From assembly GCA_964016885.1 (NCBI GenBank), contig OZ024745.1, positions 100,998,001-101,062,000 of the forward strand: 64,000 bases of DNA, written 5' to 3'. Below the pieces are notes generated by a model. That model did not search any database and was not told where the DNA came from. It saw nothing but the letters and a program-made list of their open reading frames with translations. A program made the translations under genes and the position numbers. Positions 55,785-64,000 of the stretch are shown in pieces. How positions within the stretch are numbered: the stretch's first letter is position 1; each line of letters begins with the position of its first letter. This stretch comes from Eledone cirrhosa (Eukaryota).

Positions 55785-55788
<4 letters not shown>
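52733..55788 (-). mobile_element. 5'-truncated Naiad-type Penelope-like element (RT + GIY-YIG + long AT-rich 3' region + HHR pLTR)
   Basis: FIQLDIANYYSSI..FDITMGSSDSAQVTDLVG..GLYRDD..YVNVNSNHP..WFAPPFS..CNC..CPL..C..NIVY..YVGSTSTEFKSRFNNH..CDLCIEE..CCRH. Frameshifted, with both ends in (TA)n. Confidence 0.88.
52775..52835 (-). ncRNA. Type I hammerhead ribozyme (family D), intact core
   Basis: rc TTTTAT CTGATGA AAGCACACC-ATATTTTAACTT-GGTGTCCTT GAAA TATGT ATA ATGAAA. Confidence 0.8.
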
Positions 55789-55868
<80 letters not shown>

Positions 55869-55906
55869 ATATCCAGGGAGTAACCAATCGTCCTTGTTAT
55901 CTTATT

Positions 55907-55959
<53 letters not shown>

Positions 55960-56314
55960 ATTAAGGGTGTCATGTCAGAGAGACATGCGCCATATCCACT
56001 GTAGAATATGCTCCAAGATTCCAATGAATAGATCCGAGCATTTTATATCAACTAGCAATTGATTGACATATATATATCTAAAATAAACATATGAAACAAT
56101 CACAGGGAATAATTTGTAAAAGTGTGTAAGCACACATAGCCAGGTAGGTAACTAATTAAAGTTTAACTAGAACTTTAAAAATAGATACCTTATAAATTGA
56201 TTAATCTTCCTTGTATATATTTCATTAAAGACATATATTTCACCATTAATCGATCGGTAAACCACAGTAGCCAAATCCCGGATTTTCAGCCAACAAGGGA
56301 GAAGATCTAACTAC

Positions 56315-57722
56315 CTTACGAGGTCGATAAAATAAAGTACCAGTAATACACTGGGATAATTGCTGGCCTTGGGCCAAAAGTAGAAACAATTATTCCCTAT
56401 ATTTTTAAGTTCCTCTTAACAAAGCTGTTGAGGCGGCGAATTAGCAGAGTCGTTAAAACGTTGGATAGAATGATTTGCGGTATTCGTTTCGGCTCTCTGC
56501 TTTCAAATCCCACCGAAGTCATCTTTGCCTTTGATTCATTCAAGATCAATTTTTATAAAAGGACCAGTTAACTAGTTGGATCAATTCTTCCTCTGTATCT
56601 CTTTCTCACTTTCTCACTTGTCTGGAAGAAATCTGCTGTATTCAGACCTGCAGAGGAAATGAGCCCCGCTAAGTTTTAAAATGCCCTAGAAACGCCGTAC
56701 TTCTATACTGCGCCCCAGCAACTCCCTCGGAGGTTACGGGACCATGCATGCAACGAAGCTGTTATGTTAATTTTATGTTTACTTCTATTCAATCGATATT
56801 ATTAATAAGTATTGGCTTCAAATCCCGCCGAGGTTAACTTTGCCTTTCATCCTTCCGGGGTCGATAAAATAAAGTACCAGTAATGCACTGGGTAATTGAT
56901 GGCCTTGTGCCAAAAGTAGAAACAATTATTAATAAGTATTGGCAGTATCGGTAGAGAGTCGGATACCATGCTTTGCAGTATAGAGCTATGGTCCTTTATG
57001 ATCTGAGTTCAAATCCCGCCGAGGTTAACTTTGCCTTTCATCCTTACGGGGTCGATAAAATAAAGTACCAGTAATGCACTGGGTAATTGATGGCCTTGTG
57101 CCAAAAGTAGAAACAATTATTAACATTACATCATCCCGTTATCTTTATACTGATAAAATCTCTATATGGTTATGTATGAATTCACAAATAAATTGTAAGA
57201 TGTAGTTACAAATGAAACTTTGGCTGGTAATATTTTATGATTAAATACAAAATGCGAAGCCTTTAAATAAGATATTTAACAATGGTTTCACGAGTTTTGA
57301 ACAGACTTAATACATATAGATAATACTTGTATTATCTATAATTAATTATACTGTCATTTTGTATGAGAGGAATACACCAATTCTCATTAATATTCATATT
57401 TTACAGTTTTTCCTTTCCCAATCTCCACACACTTCATTATTTTAGTGGATTGGCAGTATCGGCAGAGGGTCGGACGCCATGCTTTGCAGTATAGTTACGT
57501 TCCTTTATGATCTGAGTTCAAATCCCGCCGAGGTTAACTTTGCCTTTCATCCTTAAAGGGTCGATAAAATAAAGTACCAGTAATGCACTGGGTAATTTCT
57601 GGCCTTGTGCCTAAAAGTAGAAACAAGTATTTTGGTTTCATCCATACGGGGTCGATAAAATAAAGTACCAGTAATACACTGGGATAATTGCTGGCCTTGT
57701 ACCAAAAGTAGAAACAATTATT
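56315..57722 (+). mobile_element. SINE cluster (56315-56412, 56430-56700, 56818-56930, 56938-57122, 57444-57632, 57638-57722)
   Basis: Repeated family core and tails, several near-identical. Confidence 0.85.
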
Positions 57723-58342
57723 TTGGTTTCATCTACTGCCTTTATCTCTCTCTATCTATATATCGTTCTTTACATCTTAATATTTACACTCCTAATGGTC
57801 TTAAAAAATTGGCAGTTACTTAATCTAGGAAAACTCGTTTTAGCTTTTGATTTTAAAATATGAACTTCTTTTTTCATTTATAAACTTTGACAATGTTTTG
57901 TTTTAGCCAGTCTTAGGTTGATCTGAATTTAATTTTCTTTAAGAATTCATTGTTTTATTACATCCATTTTTGTCCTCTCTTTTTAAAACTGTAGGTTGTT
58001 AGCAATGTAAGTAGAGGATCCTTCGTTGACTAAATAAAATGTCTCATGACTGAGTTAACTGTTCCTGCCGACGAAAATCTTTCGTGGGAGATAAATCATC
58101 TCCGTTGGAGATGGTGAGAAACTATTTTTGTGGCGATCAGTAAGCCTAAACCTTGTCCAATGATAAAGAGGACTAAAAAATGCATCACCAGCCTACCAAC
58201 TTAAATCTTAAGCGCATTTTCCTTCTCTTTCTATTATATCCAACCTCTCTCTCTCCAGTGACACGTTATTGAAAATAACGAAACAATGTTGTAGTGTGAC
58301 ATAAAAATAGTCTCTTCATTCATACATGTATGTACTTATTTC

Positions 58343-58406
58343 ACACAACCACAAGGATATGGTCCGAATGTGGAAGAGCCGAACTCTCAGTCATCGCCTC
58401 CATCTG
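58343..58406 (-). mobile_element. CRE tail type 1, terminal fragment
   Basis: Matches 5005-5070. Confidence 0.65.
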
Positions 58407-59379
58407 AAAAAGTGTGTAGCAATGCTGATAATTTTAGCTAGATCTTTCAGATTAGCATGATGTAGAACCTGGCATACGTCAAGACGGGCGGTCAGACGTA
58501 TGCCGTAGAACCTAATAACTATCCCTCTTTTGACTAGCTGTCTAGAATATGCATAACATCTATACAGGTACTGTCCTTCCTTAAACTGGCAATAAATGAA
58601 TATAACCTAAGATAAAAAAACAAAAAACAAACACAAGTGCAGCTGTCGTTCATAAGATAACAGGTGTTTTATTGATGTTTGAGGTTGTTATAATTATTAC
58701 GAAGGAGTTCTATAATCCATTTACCACATACTCGGTAACAAAACATTGCTACACCTTTCAATTCCACTGTTATTACAATCTCTCCACTCCCATCATCATC
58801 ATTTATATGACAATCACCACTAACACTATATTTGAATAAACAAGTACTACCAAACGAACACTTCCACTGTTTAAACGACTAGGTGATTACAGAAGCTACA
58901 TATTTTCTTGTTAGCCTTCGTTAACATTTCTTCCTTAACTACTACTAATCTCTTCCCCCTCCTATTATTACTACTACGACTTCCACCCGCCTACTTCTCT
59001 TCCCACTACTATTAATTCAATTCTCATTCTTAATCTTAGTTTTCGATTTTGAGTGGAATTTGGTGGACGGAAAATGTGCAGAAGTCTTTATATAAATGTG
59101 AGTGTGCATGCGCGCGTGTGTAATTAAAACAATGGTGTTTATAAATGGCAATTTATCAAAAACCTTTACAACTGTTTCTGAGCGTAAAATCCTTATACAC
59201 TCCTTCGGAAGACAAATTTCTGTCAAAGTCGTCGATTTATATCGATCACCTTTAGTATATATATACACACATAATCTCACGTACATGCATTACCCAAGTA
59301 GAAAAGACAAACACGTCCATTTACAATATTTACAATGATGTAAGATAGAACAGACTTATAGGTTTTAAGAGGAACATAT

Positions 59380-59521
59380 AATTGTTTCTACTTTTGGCAC
59401 AAGGCAATTATCCAGTGCATTACTGGTCCTTTATTTTATCGACCCCGTAAGGATGAAAGGCAAAGTTAACCTCGGCGGGATTTGAAATCAGAATGGCAAG
59501 GGCCGTAACTCTATGCGTCAA
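59380..59521 (-). mobile_element. tRNA-derived SINE, 5'-truncated
   Basis: Family match. Confidence 0.85.
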
Positions 59522-60539
59522 TGACCTCTGGGTCATTGCCGATTATGTATTTAGTAGATGATGTGTGGAAGTCGCCTAATCCTGCACTAAATATATGAGA
59601 CCACGCATCACTAGCAATCCGACCAAACAGTATTCCAAGCTGTTCCTGTAGGACTGAAGCATGACCGACCACTAGGCCAAACATGAACAGTAGAATCTGT
59701 AGTATACGAAGCTGGAGGTACCCCAACAATAGCACAGTACCCAACGCAGGAAACATTTACATAGAAATGGTTGGGGAAACCACGAAATGCCCCTCAGTTA
59801 CATGGACAAACAAAATTCTAGAAAATTAGTCAGCCATATACAACACATTAACGAAGGAACCTTTAGATGGTCGTTTGACTAGCTAGAAGCTTAAAATAAA
59901 TAATGATATATTAGATATAGTAAAACTAGGTAAATAAGGTGAGGGGACACAACTGGAACGCATGTGATCATATTGTTCGGCTCAGTATATACCTGAGATT
60001 ATAAATAACAACATCCGATAGTATTTATATCAATACAACTACAACCACGAAGACTAGGAAGAAGATCCCTGCCCTCCACCATATAGGCTACTACAATGGC
60101 CGTCACAAACACTACGAGTACCACAATCACATGTTATCACCTCCATCAGCGTCACGTTTATTAACATCCATCCTATCAGCTATACTACTTCTTCCACCAC
60201 AACTACTAGCACTTAACATCCGTACCACTACTAGTATACCCTCATCACCACCATCACCACCATCCAATACCGCTGTCATAACAGCAGTGCTTACACAGGT
60301 AAACAACATGTGTCTAAAGATGAAAAAGTACTCTCTGTAATATAATCTCAAACCTGAACTATTTTGAGAAAGTTGACACACACTCAATATCTCTTTAATT
60401 GCCGCACTTTTCTCCCTTCTTTTTCATTTTTTTTTTTTTTGTATTTCTTTCTACGTCATTTGCCTTCTTATTACACAGATGGTCTCAAGGTGCCTTGCGA
60501 GTAATACTGAAAAGTGAGTAATGCTAAAGTGTGTGTGGG

Positions 60540-60780
60540 TAGCATAAGTTAAGAACTTCGTTCTTAAAAGGGAGCAATGTCAAAGAGTATGAGTGCATGG
60601 CATAGGTTAAGGGCTGGATTCTTAAACTGATTTCAAAACTTCTCGTCTTCTGTTTACATAACTTTGCAGTGAAGAATGTTCAACAAGCAGAGGCGTGTAT
60701 AAGAGTATATGAAGACGAGTGTTATAGCGGCCTATGTGTGTACAAGTGAGAGCAAATATGCGGGAGTTCTGAAGACAACT
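60540..60780 (+). mobile_element. Highly decayed RTE RT fragment
   Basis: HRLRAGF..GVYK....V..PMC.SE resembles RI.AGW.KW..KG.VY..VRP.M.YGSE. Confidence 0.3.
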
Positions 60781-60984
60781 GGAGAACAACTTATATGCAA
60801 ATATACCGTTGTTATAGTGCTAGTGCTGTGGTATCTGAGATATTGCGTGCCGTGATTTTCTAACATTGCATTAGTCTTATTGAAAGTGAAGCTTCAGCGC
60901 AATGCCATCTTATATATAATTGTTATACATGGATCAACAAGATATGAAACAAAAATTGTACTGTCGATGTAATAATAATGATGG

Positions 60985-61438
60985 CCCTGCATTTAGGCAC
61001 AAAGACCAGTAATTTTGCTGGAAAGGTTAAGTCCATCACATCGATTTCAGCACTTGGTTGTGGATTGGCAGTATCGGTAGAGCGTCAGACACCATGCTTT
61101 GCAGCATACAGTTATGGCCCTTTACGTTCTGAGTTCAAATCCCGTTGAGGTTAACTTTGCCTTTCATCCTTATGGGGGTCGATAAAATAAAGCACCAGTA
61201 ATGTACTGGGATAATTGCTGGCTTTGTGTCAAAAGTAGAAACAATTATATTTCATCGACCCTTTCAAGGATGGAAATGAAAGTTGGCTTCGACAAGATTT
61301 GAACTCAGAACGTAAAGACAGAGTAACTATGTAATCTAACTACGTTTTGCCTTTCATCCTTACGGGGTCGATAAAATAAAGTACCAGTAATGAACTGGGT
61401 AATTGCTGGCCTTGTGCCTAAAGTAGAAACAAAGTTAT
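60985..61438. mobile_element. Young SINE (+, 61060-61248) nested in an older minus-strand SINE, plus a partial copy (61345-61438)
   Basis: The older copy resumes at 61249 with TTTCATCGACCC..TTTGAACTCAGAACG. Confidence 0.8.
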
Positions 61439-61938
61439 TTCTATTAAGGTATATGTGGTAAAAATGTATACGCGTGATAATTTCCGTAATGTTTTCCTAA
61501 TTCCCCCATATTTCCATTACTTGGTTCACTTTTCTTTCTATTTCGAATAACGGCAAAATGTGTAAATAAAATTGTTATACAATAAGTTGTATATGTTCCT
61601 TTATATTACACTTCACCCAATTGTGTGTGCGCGCATATGTGCGTGCATGTGTGTGTGGTGTGTGGTGTGTGGTGTGTGGTGTGTGGTGTGTGGTGTGTGT
61701 GTGTGTGTGTGTGTGTCTGCGTGCGGCCTTGTGCCAGTACTATAAATGTCTGTTTTAGTTTGTTTACGAAAATATAAGCTATAATAAATATTAGTTCCCT
61801 TGGGTATCAGCTGTGATATCAAGCTCTATTTGTCTTAATATGACGATAAGACAAAGATTTCTTCATCAAACTTTAACAAAGCTAATATTTGTGTACTTTA
61901 TTCAACAGAAATATAACAACATTTAGAAAAATAATAAA

Positions 61939-62309
61939 AATTGTTTCTACTTTTGGCACAAGGCCAGCAATTACACAGTGCATTACTGGTACTTTATTTT
62001 ATCGACCCTGTAAGGATGAAAGGCAAAGTTAACCTCGGCGGGATTTGAACTCAGATCATAAAGGACCATAGCTCTATACTGCAAAGCATGGTATCCGACT
62101 CTCTACCGATACTGCCAATACTTATTAATAATTGTTTCTACTTTTGGTACAAGGCCATCAATTACCCAGTGCATTACTGGTGCTATATTTTATCGACCCT
62201 GTAAAGATGAAAGGCAAAGTTAACCTCGGCGGGATTTGAACTCAGAACGGAAAGGGCCGTAATTCTATGCGTCAAAGCATGGCATCCCTCTACCGATACT
62301 GCCAATCCA
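61939..62309 (-). mobile_element. SINE dimer
   Basis: Two head-to-tail monomers with the same junction as 56880-57122. Confidence 0.85.
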
Positions 62310-62439
62310 GTGCTTACAGAACGAGAGCGCAAACGAATAAAATATAAAGGAAGGGTGGACAACCGAGCCACTACCAGAGCAAAAGATAGCAGTATCGCGA
62401 GGAGCACTGGGAAACCTCTCTAATCATTTTTGAGGCAAG

Positions 62440-62550
62440 CCAGCATGCTCGCAGCGTTCGGAGAAGTCGGGCTACTGACTGCGGAATTCGTATCTTCACT
62501 GGCGGCCCGCCTAACTGAGGTAACTGGCGAATCTCGCGAAGACAAAGATT
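62440..62550 (+). mobile_element. CRE/RLE-like C-terminal fragment
   Basis: AFGEVGLLTAEFVSSLAARLTEVTGESRE resembles T.G.LG..A..F...G..L....G.PRE. Confidence 0.45.
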
Positions 62551-64000
62551 ATATCGATAGTAAACGTAGGAAAATTTAGCAGAAACATGTTAAATGTCTT
62601 TTGTGGAGATAAATATCCAATATATAAAAAGAAAGAAGTGTGTAGTTAATCCAATTAATCCCACGATATATTACCAGTATCTATTTTATCGGTTACAGAA
62701 ACCTGAATAGCATAATCAACACAGGTAGAATTTGAATTCAGAATATACTTTCGGGTCCCAAATTATAGAGGGGGGGGGGGGGGAAATAAGCAGTGGGGCT
62801 AAAAAATTGATAATTTTTTCTAAGTTGTCTCGCTTGATTATTTTAAAAACTAGAATTAGTCGTTTAGTTTATATATTGAGAGTTACAACCCATCCTATTT
62901 ATAATGTATGGAATTTCTTGAAACGTTCTTTTTTTTTTTTTTCATGTATATTATTATTATTATTTTTTTTTTTTTTTTTTTTTGGAATGACTAAAGAAAA
63001 TTAATTATTGCGGGAATGCTACCACTTAAAATAAAATTTCATCGGAGTTAAATTAGTAAATTTAATAAGCGAGGAAAGGGGTTGGAAAAAATCTGAAAAA
63101 TTTATAAGTGTTATAAGGGTTATTAGAGACCCGAGAGTACAGGAACATATTAAATACAGCAAAATATTTAGTTCTAGGTTTAGCAATATACCTGCCAATG
63201 ATGCTCTTCAATTAAATAATTGTTGTTATTAATTCAGTTTGGTATAAGTTGCGAGTTTGGTGCTACTTTGTATGCAATGTTAACTGAATTTCAGGTTCAA
63301 TTGCAGACAATTTCAAGCATATATTATTTTCCTTATTCATCCTATTTCTATATTTTTGCTTCATATAAAGTAATTGCGAGAAAGCTTGCTTGCATAAATA
63401 TGTGGGACTTTCCAGCAGTTGCTACGAGTAACGCATTGTTGTACGACGCAATCATCCTGTTATCTTGCTGCATAGTTACTTTATGAAATTCCGAGATTAA
63501 CGTTTCACACTTTTCGAATGAGCTTTTAAGTTTTACGAAATATGACTAAGTTTTTTCGTTCTGGTCAGCATGCTTAGAATATAAATGAGACTTTAAGCGT
63601 GAAGGATTCATGGCCTTGTTGCTTATTATTTAGTTGCACATAAAACACCGAAGAGAAAGGATATACTCATAAGATAAATAAACAATGTTGTATTGACGAG
63701 AAACTTTCTTAAATGGAGACATTGGGGTACTTAATAATAGTACAATACGCTAAGAATATAGAAGTAACAATAGATAACAAAATATTCACTTAACAAGTTA
63801 TGTTGTTACTCAAACTCTGTTTTCATATCAATAATCCACAAATACAAAAAAAATAACAAGAGCGTTGCAATCACGTGACTGTCTGTTTATAGGAGAATCA
63901 TAGGATTCTCATATTTTGTCATCCGCTCTTGTTTGTCTAGGTCTTCCCATATTTAATTTATATTTGAACAATGTTGTTTCGTCCGAATAACTGCAGTCTG

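Noticed and set aside
54307-55788. Selenocysteine recoding, known for some Naiads
   Set aside because: The conserved Cys positions I read (CNC, CPL, CDLC, CCRH) use TGT/TGC. No in-frame TGA there and no SECIS recognised by eye.
59511-59756. 81-aa minus ORF
   Set aside because: The LGDFH motif suggests a decayed LINE APE fragment. No clear splice sites, and it runs into a SINE.
63404-63413. Perfect NF-kB site GGGACTTTCC
   Set aside because: A single 10-mer with no supporting context; plausible by chance in 64 kb.
63220-63486. 88-aa ORF
   Set aside because: Non-ATG start, AT-rich composition and no recognisable motif.

Overview
Eukaryotic, AT-rich, microsatellite-saturated intergenic or intronic DNA. 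The tRNA-derived SINE family, RTE tails and (TA)n/(CA)n load point to an octopus-like coleoid cephalopod (inference). I found no convincing host protein-coding gene or functional RNA gene, and nearly all ORF-track entries are microsatellite translations. The window is a nested stack of mobile elements: two Penelope-like (RT + GIY-YIG) copies, Naiad-type Penelope-like copies, a 5'-truncated CRE-clade retrotransposon with about 10 decayed 3' fragments, RTE/CR1 remnants, non-autonomous Helitrons, hAT MITEs with 8-bp TSDs, a solo LTR and more than 20 SINEs. The most striking feature is a dense set of hammerhead ribozyme (HHR) motifs from at least 6 unrelated sequence families, almost all inside (TA)n arrays and often as fold-back pairs. 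These include a non-coding ~430-nt tandem unit carrying a minimal type I HHR (retrozyme-like) at four loci. All coordinates were read by eye and may be off by a few bases.
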